DNA of 64,000 nt from a plasmid. Each line of letters opens with the position of its first letter. Position 1 is the first letter of the stretch. The notes under the pieces were generated by a model. It was not told the DNA's origin and did not search any database. It worked only from the letters and a program-made list of their open reading frames with translations. The translations under genes were made by a program, and so were the position numbers. The DNA is taken from the sequence record NZ_CP049260.1; one strand, written 5' to 3'. Positions 48,787 to 59,776 of the stretch are shown piece by piece.

Positions 48787-50109
48787 TCAGGCCCGTTCAT
48801 ACGCGACCCGACCATCAACATAGGTGCGGTATATCGCGCGATCGTCACCCAGCGTCATCATCACGAAAAGCTTATCAAACAGGGTCGCGGAATTGTCATA
48901 GCGGAGCTGCTGCAGCGGCGTTGAGGTCGGATCCAGCACCACAAAATCGGCCTCTTTGCCGGGCATGAAGTTACCAATAAGATGATCAAGCCCCAGCGCT
49001 TTCGCGCCGCCGAGCGTGGCAAGATAGAACGCCTCGTCAGCGGTTAACGGATAGCCCTGCAACTGCCCGACTTTGTATGCCTCGTTCAGCGTTTGCAGCA
49101 TGTTGAACGTGGTTCCCGCGCCGATGTCCGTCCCGATACCGACGTTCACTTTTTTCTGCCACGCTTTTGGCAGATTAAACAAACCGCTGCCGAGATAGAG
49201 ATTAGATGTGGGGCAGAAAGCGATGCTGGAGCCCGTGTCTCGCAGGCGATCCCACTCGCGCTCTTTAAGATGAACACAGTGCGCGAAGATGCAGTTGTGC
49301 CCGGTCAGGCCATAGTGGTGATACACATCCAGATAGCCGTCACGCTCCGGATACAGCGTTTTCACCCAGTCAATTTCGGCGTTGTTCTCTGATAAATGCG
49401 TCTGGAACCAGGTATCCGGATATTCTTCGCGCAGGCGCTGCGCCATCGCCAGTTGTTCCGGTGTCGAGGTCGGGGCAAAACGCGGCGTGATGGCATACAG
49501 CAGCCGCCCTTTTTTATGCCAGCGTTCAATCAGCGCCTTGCTCTGTTCATAACTGCTTTGCGCATCATCCAGTAGCCAGTCGGGCGCGTTGCGATCCATC
49601 ATGACTTTACCGGCGATAAGACGCATATTGATCTGGCTGGCTTCCTCGAACAGCGCGTCCACCGACTGCGGATGTACTGAGCCAAAAACCAGTGCCGTTG
49701 TGGTGCCGTTTCGTAATAACTGCTTAATAAAAAAAGCGGACATTTCGCGCGCGTATTCCCGATCTTTATAGCGTCGCTCGGCAGGGAACGTATATTTATT
49801 GAGCCAGTCGAGGAGCTGTTCGCCATACGCGCCGACGATTTCACTCTGTGGGTAATGAATATGCGTATCGATAAAGCCCGACACCACCAGTTTTCCGCGG
49901 TAATCACGCACGCGGACCGTATCCGGAACCTGTTGTTTTCCTTTTTCCCACTCACCGAACCATTCAATTTTCCCGTGACGAATCAGCAGTAAGCCGTCTT
50001 CCATAAACCGCAGCGCCGGTGCTATCTCCTGAGGCGTTTCAGCGGTCCTTGTGAAATCAATAAAACTGCCGCGTACGGCTTTTAAGGTCTGTTCTGCTGA
50101 CATCATCAC
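48787..50109 (-). CDS. guaD: guanine deaminase
   Basis: 440 aa amidohydrolase; GFIDTHIHYPQ metal-binding motif and overall GuaD-like sequence. Confidence 0.8.
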   Translation of the reverse strand: MMMSAEQTLKAVRGSFIDFTRTAETPQEIAPALRFMEDGLLLIRHGKIEWFGEWEKGKQQVPDTVRVRDYRGKLVVSGFIDTHIHYPQSEIVGAYGEQLLDWLNKYTFPAERRYKDREYAREMSAFFIKQLLRNGTTTALVFGSVHPQSVDALFEEASQINMRLIAGKVMMDRNAPDWLLDDAQSSYEQSKALIERWHKKGRLLYAITPRFAPTSTPEQLAMAQRLREEYPDTWFQTHLSENNAEIDWVKTLYPERDGYLDVYHHYGLTGHNCIFAHCVHLKEREWDRLRDTGSSIAFCPTSNLYLGSGLFNLPKAWQKKVNVGIGTDIGAGTTFNMLQTLNEAYKVGQLQGYPLTADEAFYLATLGGAKALGLDHLIGNFMPGKEADFVVLDPTSTPLQQLRYDNSATLFDKLFVMMTLGDDRAIYRTYVDGRVAYERA

Positions 50110-50371
50110 CTCCTGCAGTCTGTCTTTTTTTCTTCTGAGACTCTCTATTGATGGGTTTTAATGCACTTTTCGTAGTATAGGATTTTCTCTCTGAGGGGCA
50201 TTGCGATGGCGCACGTCATGTCCGGCGCACAGGCTGAAACGGCGTGCCTCTACCCTGCTAAGCCAAAAACCGTGCAGCGGATTAATGGTTTCACTACACC
50301 TTCGGAGTGGGACTGACGGAGTCAGGCCGTATCTCCGGCCTGCGGGTCCGCAGGAGCCGCCTGGCGGTGTA

Positions 50372-50569
50372 GTTACAACATACATTTAAGCGAATCTGGT
50401 TTACCCGCCCTTCGGGCGGGCGCGGGCGGCCCGGCAATGGGCAATTGCGTGCTCAGGGGTTCAGGAGAGAATCCGACGCCACAACCGTGGCCGGAAGCGA
50501 CACGGGCGTTTCCGAACGGTGCCTACGGTTTCAGTGGCGGTCCAGCATGTTTGAATTGTATGTTGTAAC
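50372..50569. mobile_element. 198 bp non-autonomous MITE with IS630/Tc1-like ends, flanked by TA duplications
   Basis: terminal inverted repeats gttacaacataca...tgtatgttgtaac (about 15 bp perfect), TA at 50370-50371 and 50570-50571; GC-rich hairpin interior; no transposase ORF. Confidence 0.5.
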
Positions 50570-50686
50570 TATAAAAAGGCGTTTGTGGTGTGCTTTTACT
50601 GGTAATGGTGACTGACAACATCGATAGTGTATTGCCGTCAGTAAGCGTAAACGTTACGCAACTACGACGCTAACAGGAGACGTTCC

Positions 50687-51283
50687 GTGATTGTTTATAC
50701 TTATCCCAAGAGCCGCTCGCTCAGGGTGCTCTGGACGCTTGAAGAACTGGGCATGCCGTATGAGTCCATCAAAGCCGATATTCTTTGCGACGCCCCGGAA
50801 GTACCCTCGCCGCATCCGCGCGGTAAAGTCCCGTTTCTGACAGATGGCGACGTTTCCATTTGCGAGACGCTGGCCATCTGCACCTGGCTTTGCGAAAAAC
50901 AGCCTGCCACCGCGCTTTTTCCCGCCGATCCCGTCCGACGCGCCGCGATAAACAGCTGGATCAGTTTCGCCTTAACGGATCTGGAATCGCCGGTATGGAA
51001 TTTACTTAAACAGATGATTTTTGTGCCGGAAGCGCAGCGGTCCGCCGCACTGACACATTACTTCAAAACCGAAGCCGCAAAAGCCGTGGCGATGGTGGAT
51101 TTGGCGGACAACGCACCGTGGATAGCGGGCGATGATTTTACGCTGGCCGATATTTTTATGTCGCATACGCTTTTCTGGGCAAAACTGGGCGGTATTACGC
51201 TTAGCGAGACGCTCGAAAATTACGTGAATCGCGCCTTTTCCCGTCCCACGTTTACCCTGGCCCAGCAGCGAAATAACCAGTGA
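50687..51283 (+). CDS. glutathione S-transferase
   Basis: 198 aa, GST N-terminal thioredoxin-like and C-terminal helical domains; GTG start. Confidence 0.75.
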   Translation: MIVYTYPKSRSLRVLWTLEELGMPYESIKADILCDAPEVPSPHPRGKVPFLTDGDVSICETLAICTWLCEKQPATALFPADPVRRAAINSWISFALTDLESPVWNLLKQMIFVPEAQRSAALTHYFKTEAAKAVAMVDLADNAPWIAGDDFTLADIFMSHTLFWAKLGGITLSETLENYVNRAFSRPTFTLAQQRNNQ

Positions 51284-51322
51284 TGACGGCCAGCCGGTAT
51301 ATTATCGCCACCGCGTATGCCC

Positions 51323-51724
51323 TCACCGGCCGTAAAAGCCGTCCAGATAGGTTTGCGCCAAATCGTCACCCAGCATCCGTTTTTCGCGCGGGCTGGTGTT
51401 GTCATCGAGAAACTGGCCGCGATGATTGGCAAATTCACTGGTGGTCTGCATACCGCAGGCATCGTCACGGTAAGCCTTCGCCTGACGCTCTGCCCAGGCG
51501 ATGTCGCGCCCCTGTGCTTTATCCGTTTTGCCCTGATTGTAGACGCTGGTAAATGCCGGCAGAAACGCGGCGATGCTGCCTGCTTTATCGACCCTCAAAT
51601 TCGCGTCGTGTGATTCCATCCCCTGCAAAACATAGTGGCGCGCGTGCATTTCTGGCGACGTTCTGGCCGTACATCCTGCTAACAGCGTAGCCACAGCCAC
51701 GACTACCATTCCATAACGCCTCAT
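51323..51724 (-). CDS. lipoprotein (LprI/DUF1311-like)
   Basis: signal peptide with LAGC lipobox; AGGAAG RBS. Confidence 0.4.
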   Translation of the reverse strand: MRRYGMVVVAVATLLAGCTARTSPEMHARHYVLQGMESHDANLRVDKAGSIAAFLPAFTSVYNQGKTDKAQGRDIAWAERQAKAYRDDACGMQTTSEFANHRGQFLDDNTSPREKRMLGDDLAQTYLDGFYGR

Positions 51725-51947
51725 ATTTTCTTCCTGAAGTTGTCTGTTTATCGTGTTGAGGCCCGGCGCATGTTGCTTTTGTGCGCTAACCCCATGTATC
51801 AGGCGACAAATATTACCGTGCTGAATACAGGGTTAATACATACCGAATCAGGGGATTGCGCGAACTCAGAAGACATGCATTTGTCCGATGTCCGTAAAAA
51901 AGCCGCGCAGGGTGAGCCCTGCACGGCTTATCAGCAGCATTACGTCG

Positions 51948-53894
51948 TCAGCCCTTCTGCTGGCGGGTACTGAAGAATGCCAGCGCGGTTTCCAGCGCTT
52001 TCGCCTGCTCTTCAAGCGACATCGCCGCGGCCGAAACCTGCTGCACCAGCGAGGCGTTCTGCTGGGTCACGCTGTCCATCTGATTCACCGCCACGCTAAT
52101 TTGATCCACGCCGCGGGTCTGTTCATCCAGCGCCCGCACGATTTCATTGATAGCCAGGTGAACGCTGGTCACGGCTTCGATTATCTGTTTCATCGTCGAG
52201 CCGGTTTCATTGACCAGCGTCACGCCCTGCCCGACGCGACCGGTCGATTCTGCGATGAGTTGCGAAATTTCCTTCGCCGCGTTGGCGCTGCGGCTCGCGA
52301 GCGTTCGTACCTCACCGGCCACGACGGCGAAACCGCGCCCCTGCTCACCGGCGCGTGCCGCTTCCACGGCCGCGTTCAGCGCCAGAATGTTAGTCTGGAA
52401 GGCGATGCTGTCGATGATGCTGGTGATGTCGCTGATTTTCTGCGAACTCTCATCCACCTGCGACATCACATGCACCACGCGATCGACCAGCGCTTCGCCC
52501 GCGCCTGCGATATCTTTCGCGTGCTCCGTCAGCACAATGGCGCGTGACGCGCTTTCGGCGTTGTTTTTCACCGTCGCGGAAATTTCTTCCATGCTGGCCG
52601 CCGTCTCGACAATCGCCGCCGCCTGCTCCTCGGTGCGGGAGGCGAGATCGGTATTGCCTGCAGCGATTTCACTGCTGCCGGCGCGCACGGAATGACTGGC
52701 ATCGCTAATATCGCCGACAATTTCGCGCAGCCGCGACTGCATGGTGCTTAATGCATAAAAGATGCTTCGGGTATCGCCCTGCTGTACCGGAATCGCGTTA
52801 TTCAGATTGCCATGCGCGACAGAAAGCGCAATTTCGGACGCCTCCAGCGGCTCACCGCCCACCGGGCGCGCCACTTTGCGGGTAAACACCAGCGCCACCA
52901 CCAGGCTCACAACCGCGATGCTCAGCACCATCAGAATGAGGGCATTGATAAGCCCCTGCCAGGCTTCGGCCATCACCACGCTGACCGGCGTCACCACCGC
53001 CAGCTTCCATGGCGTGCCGCTGTTGCCCACGGCAATCGTGTTCCAGGTGATAAACGCCGGTTCGCCCAGCACCGGATCGTCATAGCGAATCACTTCGCGG
53101 CCCGTCACAGTGCCCTTATAAGGCTTGCCGATAGTCGCTTTATCCGGCGCGGAGATCACTTTATTGTCAGCCGAGAGGAGCAGCGCATAGCCCACGCCAT
53201 CCCACGGTTTAATCGCCCCCACCATTTTTTGCAGCGTTTCGAGGGAGAAATCGGAGGTCACCGAGCCCTGGAATTTGCCGTCGCGCATTATCGGGGCGGC
53301 AATCGAGGTCAGCATCACATCCACGCCGTTGTACGGGTAAATGTACGGCTCGATGATGACATCTTTCTGGCGCTGACGCGGGAGGACGTAATAGTCACCG
53401 CTACCGGGCGTTTCATAATCCACCAGGTTATGCAGCGCCGGGTTGCCTGCACTGTCGCGATCCACATAACGCGCATAGCGCCCTTTGGGATCCTGGCCCG
53501 CCTGCCCTGCAAACGTGGCGTCGTTGGCATCAAACGCGTTGGGTTCAAAGGTCAGTGACATCGATAAAAAATCATCATGAGCGCGCAGAAAGCTGACTAA
53601 TAGCTGCTCCAGGCCTTTACGATCGTTAAGCCCGGACTCGCGCAGCGACCATGCGCTGATACCCACATCGCGCGCGGCGGTTAACGCCGAATCCAGACGA
53701 CGGCTCACCTCTAAGGTTTGCGTTTGCGCAATTTGTTGCAGGTGTTTTTTCGCGACATATTCCTGCTGCGACATCGATTGCCAGAGCAGTAAACCCATCG
53801 TGATACCAAAGCCTGCGGTTATCGTGACGAAAATCGATAACAGCATGAGGGTTTTGGTCTTAAGCCTTCTTTTCGAAGGATGCTGAGCGATCAT
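51948..53894 (-). CDS. methyl-accepting chemotaxis protein with periplasmic double-Cache sensor
   Basis: N-terminal TM, about 280 aa periplasmic domain, TM, HAMP, conserved MCP signalling domain identical in core to the 46013..47671 paralog. Confidence 0.8.
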   Translation of the reverse strand: MIAQHPSKRRLKTKTLMLLSIFVTITAGFGITMGLLLWQSMSQQEYVAKKHLQQIAQTQTLEVSRRLDSALTAARDVGISAWSLRESGLNDRKGLEQLLVSFLRAHDDFLSMSLTFEPNAFDANDATFAGQAGQDPKGRYARYVDRDSAGNPALHNLVDYETPGSGDYYVLPRQRQKDVIIEPYIYPYNGVDVMLTSIAAPIMRDGKFQGSVTSDFSLETLQKMVGAIKPWDGVGYALLLSADNKVISAPDKATIGKPYKGTVTGREVIRYDDPVLGEPAFITWNTIAVGNSGTPWKLAVVTPVSVVMAEAWQGLINALILMVLSIAVVSLVVALVFTRKVARPVGGEPLEASEIALSVAHGNLNNAIPVQQGDTRSIFYALSTMQSRLREIVGDISDASHSVRAGSSEIAAGNTDLASRTEEQAAAIVETAASMEEISATVKNNAESASRAIVLTEHAKDIAGAGEALVDRVVHVMSQVDESSQKISDITSIIDSIAFQTNILALNAAVEAARAGEQGRGFAVVAGEVRTLASRSANAAKEISQLIAESTGRVGQGVTLVNETGSTMKQIIEAVTSVHLAINEIVRALDEQTRGVDQISVAVNQMDSVTQQNASLVQQVSAAAMSLEEQAKALETALAFFSTRQQKG

Positions 53895-54255
53895 TCTCTT
53901 CTCCCGGACGCCGCCAGAAAGGCGGGACATATTTACTCACTATCGGCAACTATCCAGGAAGCCTTATGCTTACAGGCCATTAAATTTTCTTAACGCAAAC
54001 GGGTCGGAATAAGCGAAACGGGGAAACGTATTACGATCAACGAGAAAGGAAACAGACTGGATTCAGAAAAAAAGCGGGCCGCCTGACATCGCAGCGGCCC
54101 GTAAACAGAATATTGGCTAAGGTGCCCCTTTTCCTGATGATGCTATCGTAGCGCCATAACCTTAAGGGAAACTTAAGGCATAAGTTAAATCTTAAATATT
54201 TACAAAGCGCGCGTTCCGCAGGCAATAAAATCGATGGACATCCGCGCCCGCACGA

Positions 54256-55026
54256 TCAGGACTCAACAAACTCCAGTTTCGCTTTTACGCGTTCAAGCGA
54301 CTGAAGATAATCGATATTCTCAATAAGTTGATGTAATTCCCGGGTTTCGCCGCCCGACGCCGCCAGCGCATCTTCAATAAAAGGCGAATGGCCGAAACGA
54401 TGTAAGATCACATTTTTCTTTTGCATCCCGTTCAGTGAACAGAGTGTGATATAGCGGAAGCGTTTTTTATACGTGGCGTCATTTTTCAGTTTTTCCGTCG
54501 CTTCACAGGGCGCGGAAATAATGCAGCGGAACGGCGTCATCAGATACGGCTTAAGCAAGTTCAGTAAGCGCATTCCCGGCGACATCTCGTCGTTTTCCGC
54601 CGTGAACGCGTGCGTGCCATCCAGATACAGTATGACCTTATACCGCCCGGCGAGCGCCACGGCGAGTGCCAGCTTTTTCTCTATCTCTTCCTCACTGGCA
54701 TTCCCGGCAAACAGCGACACCATATTTATTTCAGCCAGATGGCACCCTGGCTGGATCTGCAACAGGTAACGCGAGAGATTACGGACAAAACAGGATTTGC
54801 CAACCCCTTCATTTCCCGATACCACCAGGCTGTTGGTATTACGGCATGACAGAATCGCCAGCGCCGAAAGAATTTCCGTTTCGCGATACATCACGTCAGG
54901 AATATTTCCGACCGCAAGCATAGCCATCAAATCGGTGGCGTGAATGCCGTTCTCTTCCAGCCCGGAATAAAACGCCTTCCTGTCATGTTGTGGCTCAATC
55001 GTGAACAAATTGTTAGGTGGTGTCAT
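54256..55026 (-). CDS. stand-alone Clp/Hsp100-type AAA+ NBD1-like protein (256 aa), probably catalytically impaired
   Basis: NSLVVSGNEGVGKSCFVRNL aligns with ClpB/ClpV NBD1 Walker A (LIGEPGVGKTAIVEGL); Walker-B-like VILYLDG lacks the catalytic Glu; sensor region ..CIISAPCEATEKLKNDATYKKRFRYITL parallels ClpB ..ATTLDEYR..ALERRFQ..; AT-rich upstream. Confidence 0.45.
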   Translation of the reverse strand: MTPPNNLFTIEPQHDRKAFYSGLEENGIHATDLMAMLAVGNIPDVMYRETEILSALAILSCRNTNSLVVSGNEGVGKSCFVRNLSRYLLQIQPGCHLAEINMVSLFAGNASEEEIEKKLALAVALAGRYKVILYLDGTHAFTAENDEMSPGMRLLNLLKPYLMTPFRCIISAPCEATEKLKNDATYKKRFRYITLCSLNGMQKKNVILHRFGHSPFIEDALAASGGETRELHQLIENIDYLQSLERVKAKLEFVES

Positions 55027-55544
55027 TTTATTTTCCTTAAGCGTGTAATTACAAATGTAATAATCCCGGCCTCATTCATTACGGAATAAGGCCTTTGATC
55101 GCGCTACGCTTTTATCTTTAAGAATAATGATGGCGCCAGTGAGCAGACACGATTTATCCGACGCCAGAGTCATTTCTGCCTGCGTTTTTACGTGTCTTTT
55201 CTGCGCATTACGATGTTAAAAGCGTCCCGTTGAATACCCCATGTAGGTTTTGCATCTCCCGTCAGGCTTGCAGGTCATCAATACCCCACGAGATTGCATC
55301 AGGAAAACTTGATAATTAAGTATCACTAAAATTTGATTTAGCGTGAAGATAGGCAAAAATCTTAAAGCCGTCAACCGCCGAAATAATTATCGATAAATAA
55401 GTTATTCCTTATCCCGTGAATCGGCGAATTAAGATTTTCCTCAGTATTAATTCCGGAAATAAAGCGGTAATTTGTCCGGTTATTTTTTGACGCGGTTAAA
55501 CACTGACGGCAACGAAATGGCCGCAACCTGCCGGGCGTACACAG

Positions 55545-55572
55545 AAAAAAACCCTGCCGGAGCAGGGTTTGT
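55545..55572 (-). terminator. rho-independent terminator downstream of the HAAAP transporter gene
   Basis: minus strand: aaccctgc-tccg-gcagggtt followed by T7. Confidence 0.5.
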
Positions 55573-55597
55573 TGCGCAATAAGATGCAAATCGCGTA

Positions 55598-56854
55598 TCA
55601 GAACGTGCTGTAAAGCAGCGCGGACACCGTGAGCAGGCCGCCGGTGGCGACCATGACAGCCGTCGGGCCGCGCAGTGAACGCAGCGCATCGCGGGTGTAA
55701 ATGAGGTACGTCGGGATCAGGAAAAGAAAGATGGCGGTCAGCGGCCCGCAGACGGTTTCAATCAGCGTAATCACGTCCGGGTTAAGATCCACCACGCCGA
55801 ATGTCGCGATAAACATCGCGAGGAACGCGAGCGTCTTCGCCTGTTTCTTCATGCCTGCGTGCCCGGCCACCAGCGCCGTAATGGTTTCCGCAACTGGCAG
55901 GCACACGCCAAGAAACGATTTGGTCATCCCGACGATGGCAATAAAAGGCGCGATCATAAACAGCAGATCCAGGCCGCCCTGGCTCTGCATCACCGAGAGC
56001 ATATTGAGGTTTTCCGCTTTCGCCCGTGCGAAGGTGGCCGGAGGGTTCGCGAGAAGGCAGCTCAGCACAAAGAATACGATGCTGAAAATGATCAGCGCAT
56101 AGGCCACACGCACAACCCGCACCGACTTCGCCTCGCCGCCATGACCGTTTTCGCGATAGTACGACGCCAGCGGCGCAATCAGCGGCGCAGAGCAGAGCGC
56201 GAAGGAGATAAGCGGCAGCGTCAGCCAGATATTTTTAAACGCCTCACCGGCGGGCTCGCCAGCCGGGATGAGCGGCATACTGAAATTCGCCAGGCTCCAG
56301 GCGGGGATCTGGATAACCGCTATCAGCAGCAGCGACACCGCAAACGGCAGCGCCAGCGCGCCCATCATGCTCACCACTTTGTCACGGCCTTTACTGAGCG
56401 CCAGGAATAAAGCCGCAACGACAATAAACGCCAGCAGCGCGCGGTTCACCGGGGCGAAATGCAGGCGATTAACCAGAAAATCTGAGAGCGCGTTGACCAG
56501 CGAGATGGCATAGACCAGGGTGACCGGGAAATGGGCGACGCAGAAGAAAATACGAATTGCCGTTCTCCCCTTTGCGCCGAAAAAGGCGCCAAAAAGCGGT
56601 AACGTACCGTCATCGGGCCGGTTGTCGCGCATAAATACACGGCAGATAAGCACATGCGGCACCAGCGAGAGGGGAATGCCCAGCACCAGCAGTAAAAGAA
56701 AAACCAGCGGGCCGCGCGTGCCGATTTCGACAGGAAGGAACAGTGTCCCTGCGCCGACGGTGGCACCATAAACGCCCAGCATCCAGAGGGTATCTCTGAA
56801 CGTCCAGCCGGTACGGGCAGGCAGGCTGCTGTCCGTAGTGGTTGATATTGTCAT
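55598..56854 (-). CDS. HAAAP-family (hydroxy/aromatic amino acid permease) transporter, YqeG-like
   Basis: 418 aa, 11 TM, serine/threonine/aromatic amino-acid permease family pattern. Confidence 0.65.
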   Translation of the reverse strand: MTISTTTDSSLPARTGWTFRDTLWMLGVYGATVGAGTLFLPVEIGTRGPLVFLLLLVLGIPLSLVPHVLICRVFMRDNRPDDGTLPLFGAFFGAKGRTAIRIFFCVAHFPVTLVYAISLVNALSDFLVNRLHFAPVNRALLAFIVVAALFLALSKGRDKVVSMMGALALPFAVSLLLIAVIQIPAWSLANFSMPLIPAGEPAGEAFKNIWLTLPLISFALCSAPLIAPLASYYRENGHGGEAKSVRVVRVAYALIIFSIVFFVLSCLLANPPATFARAKAENLNMLSVMQSQGGLDLLFMIAPFIAIVGMTKSFLGVCLPVAETITALVAGHAGMKKQAKTLAFLAMFIATFGVVDLNPDVITLIETVCGPLTAIFLFLIPTYLIYTRDALRSLRGPTAVMVATGGLLTVSALLYSTF

Positions 56855-57061
56855 TGTCTCTGTTTTCAGCTTGTAGATTAAGAATGTACCGATGCCGTTT
56901 TCACAGGCCGGTTAAGGAAAAACGCACAGGGCGCAAACAGGGGCTGAATGATATAGAAATCGGCCGCTGAATTCGAAGTTCACGGCGGATAAAACGTAAA
57001 TAAACGCAACGACGCGCGTGGTAATAACAAAGGGGCGTCGGCCCCTTTGTCACCGGTTTAC

Positions 57062-59776
57062 TCAGAACCACTGTCCAAATTTGCGGATGTACAGCCGTTT
57101 CATGCCCTGCACGACCACGCAATAGGTGAAAAGAATCCCCACCAGCCACGGGAAATAGCTCAACGGCAAGGGCACCAGCCCAATCATATGGCCGAGCGGC
57201 GAGAACGGAATGGCGATGCCGACTGCCATCACGATCCCTGTGGTTATCAGCACCGGCAGCGCGGCGCGGCTCTGAATAAACGGGATTTTCCGGGTGCGCA
57301 GCATATGCACCACCAGCGTCTGCGACAGCAGCCCTTCCACAAACCACCCGGACTGAAAAAGCGACTGCGCCGCAGGTGAATTGGCGGCAAACACAAACCA
57401 CATCACCGCAAAGGTCGCCATATCGAACAGTGACGATGTCGGCCCCCTCCAGATCATAAAGCGCTTAATATTCTGCGCATCCCATTTACGCGGCTGACGC
57501 AGAAACGCCTTATCCATGCGATCCCACGGCAGCGAGAGCTGCGAAATGTCATACATCAGGTTCTGCACCAGCAGATGAATGGCGAGCATCGGCAGGAACG
57601 GCAGAAACGCGCTCGCCACCAGCACCGAAAAAACATTGCCGAAGTTAGAGCTGGCGGTCATGTTCAGGTATTTGATGATATTGCCGAAGGTCTCGCGCCC
57701 GGTCAGCACGCCCTGCTCCAGCACCATCAGATCTTTTTCCAGCAAAATGATATCCGACGACTCTTTGGCGATATCCGCCGCGCTGTCGACCGAAATCCCG
57801 ACATCCGCATCGCGCAGCGCCGGCGCATCATTAATGCCGTCGCCAAGGAACCCAACCGTGTGGCCGTTATTTTGCAGCGTCCGCAGAATGCGGGATTTCT
57901 GCAATGGCGTCAGCTTCGCGAAAATCGCACAGCGTTCAACCGCCGCAGCAAGCTGCGTTTCGTCCATATCGTCAATGACATCGCCCGTCAGGATCTCGCG
58001 GCGGTTGATCCCTACCTGCTCGCAGATGCAGGCCGCCACCAGCGGGTTATCCCCGGTCAGCACCTTCACGGTAACGCCGTGCTCATGGAGCGCGGAAATC
58101 GCCTGCGCAGCGCTCGCTTTTGGCGGATCGAGAAACGTCAGCATCCCTTCGATAATCAGCCCGTTTTCGTCCGCCACGCAGAGGGGATGATCAAGCCCGG
58201 TCTGTGGCAGTTCGCGTGTCGCCACCACCAGCACCCGAAAGCCCTGCGCGTTGTACTGGCGCGTTAAGCGCAGGTACGCGTCGCGGCGCGCGTCATCAAG
58301 CGCGTAAACCGTGTCGCCCTCGCGGATATACGTCGAGACAGAGAGCATCTCTTCAACGGCACCCTTGCAGATAAGCGTCTGCTGATGCTCGCCATACCCT
58401 TCCACCACCACAGAAACGCGGCGGCGTACAAAATCAAACGGCAGCTCGTCAATTTTGAAATAGCCGGATTGTATCGATGGTGAAAGCGCGGCCTGCCCGG
58501 ACGCCAGTACCGCCTTGTCCATCAGGTTTTGCGAGCCGCTCAGGTTGACGCTGTTCAGCCAGGCAAGTGTGAGCACATGCAGGCTGTCGCGGCCGTGGCA
58601 GTCGAGATGCTTTTCAAGAACAATCGAGTCCTGGGTGAGCGTGCCGGTTTTATCGGTACAGAGCACATCCATCGCGCCAAAATTCTGTATGGCGTTCAGG
58701 CGCTTCACAATCACCTTGCGACGGGCCATCACAATCGCGCCTTTCGCCAGATTAGAGCTGACAATCATCGGCAGCATTTCTGGCGTCAGCCCCACCGCGA
58801 CGGCCAGCGCGAAAAACGTGGCGTCCAGCCAGTCGCCTTTGGTGAAGCCGTTGATGAGCAGCACCACCGGCACCATCACCAGCATAAAGCGGATCAGCAG
58901 CCAGCTGACGCTGTTCACGCCTTTATCAAACGCCGTCTGGGTGCGGTTACCGACGAGCGATTTCGCAAGCGATCCGAAATACGTTTTCGCGCCGGTCACC
59001 ACCACCACGCCGCAGGCGGTGCCGCTCGCGACATTGGTGCCCATCAGACAGATATTGCCCCGCTCCAGCAGGCTGGCGCTGTCGTCAGGGATATCATCTG
59101 CGCTTACGCCTTTCCCCTGCACATGGCCGGTGACGTCATATTTTTCCACCGGCAGCGACTCGCCGCTCAGTATCGCCTGGCTGATAAACAGATCCCGTGA
59201 GGCAATGAGCCGTAAATCCGCCGGGATCAGGTCGCCCGCCGAGAGGTACACGATATCGCCCGGCACCAGTTCCTCGACGGGGATTTCGCGTTTCTCGCCG
59301 TCACGGTTGCTGACGGTACGACGCAGCACGGTTGCCGTCGTGCTTACCATCGATTTCAGCGCCTGCGCGGCTTTATTGGTGCGAAACTCCTGCCAGAAGC
59401 GCAATAAGCCGCTCAGCAACACCATCGTCACAATGATAATAACGCCGGTCAGATCGGTCTCCTGCCCTGCGCGCAGCGGATACCAGTAATCGGTAAAGAA
59501 ACTGATCAGCGCCAGCGCCATCAGCACATAGATAAACGGGTTATTGAACGCCTGAACCAGTTGCACCAGCGCGGGCGGCGCGTTGTCATGCGCCACGGCA
59601 TTCGGGCCGTAAGCGGCAAGGCGCGCCTGCGCCTCTTTTTCCAGCAGTCCTTTTTCGCTGCTTTCCAGCCGCGCTAATGTCTCCTGGTGGCGCTCTGCTG
59701 ACGCCATTTCGATGCAAAACGTCGCCGCCTGTTTTTTTGCGGCATTATTCATTTTTCTGGAATTGTACTTTGCCAT
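57062..59776 (-). CDS. mgtA: magnesium-importing P-type ATPase
   Basis: 904 aa; P-type motifs DKTGTLT (phosphorylation site), TGDN, GDGINDAPAL; long 5' leader with small proline-codon ORF. Confidence 0.85.
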   Translation of the reverse strand: MAKYNSRKMNNAAKKQAATFCIEMASAERHQETLARLESSEKGLLEKEAQARLAAYGPNAVAHDNAPPALVQLVQAFNNPFIYVLMALALISFFTDYWYPLRAGQETDLTGVIIIVTMVLLSGLLRFWQEFRTNKAAQALKSMVSTTATVLRRTVSNRDGEKREIPVEELVPGDIVYLSAGDLIPADLRLIASRDLFISQAILSGESLPVEKYDVTGHVQGKGVSADDIPDDSASLLERGNICLMGTNVASGTACGVVVVTGAKTYFGSLAKSLVGNRTQTAFDKGVNSVSWLLIRFMLVMVPVVLLINGFTKGDWLDATFFALAVAVGLTPEMLPMIVSSNLAKGAIVMARRKVIVKRLNAIQNFGAMDVLCTDKTGTLTQDSIVLEKHLDCHGRDSLHVLTLAWLNSVNLSGSQNLMDKAVLASGQAALSPSIQSGYFKIDELPFDFVRRRVSVVVEGYGEHQQTLICKGAVEEMLSVSTYIREGDTVYALDDARRDAYLRLTRQYNAQGFRVLVVATRELPQTGLDHPLCVADENGLIIEGMLTFLDPPKASAAQAISALHEHGVTVKVLTGDNPLVAACICEQVGINRREILTGDVIDDMDETQLAAAVERCAIFAKLTPLQKSRILRTLQNNGHTVGFLGDGINDAPALRDADVGISVDSAADIAKESSDIILLEKDLMVLEQGVLTGRETFGNIIKYLNMTASSNFGNVFSVLVASAFLPFLPMLAIHLLVQNLMYDISQLSLPWDRMDKAFLRQPRKWDAQNIKRFMIWRGPTSSLFDMATFAVMWFVFAANSPAAQSLFQSGWFVEGLLSQTLVVHMLRTRKIPFIQSRAALPVLITTGIVMAVGIAIPFSPLGHMIGLVPLPLSYFPWLVGILFTYCVVVQGMKRLYIRKFGQWF

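Noticed and set aside
50150-50300. 6S RNA (ssrS) because of a TTTCTCTCTGAG start similar to the 6S 5' end
   Set aside because: Similarity is limited to about 10 nt; the remainder does not match 6S RNA and the genomic context is wrong
50280-50690. Retron msr/msd (inverted repeats plus structured region)
   Set aside because: No reverse-transcriptase gene downstream; inverted repeats are better explained as MITE TIRs with TA duplications
52210-53558. Plus-strand ORFs antisense to the Cache-MCP gene
   Set aside because: Same reasoning; the MCP signalling domain is on the minus strand
57575-59489. Plus-strand ORFs (230 aa, 324 aa, 223 aa) inside mgtA
   Set aside because: Antisense to a well-supported P-type ATPase; compositions are typical of high-GC antisense frames
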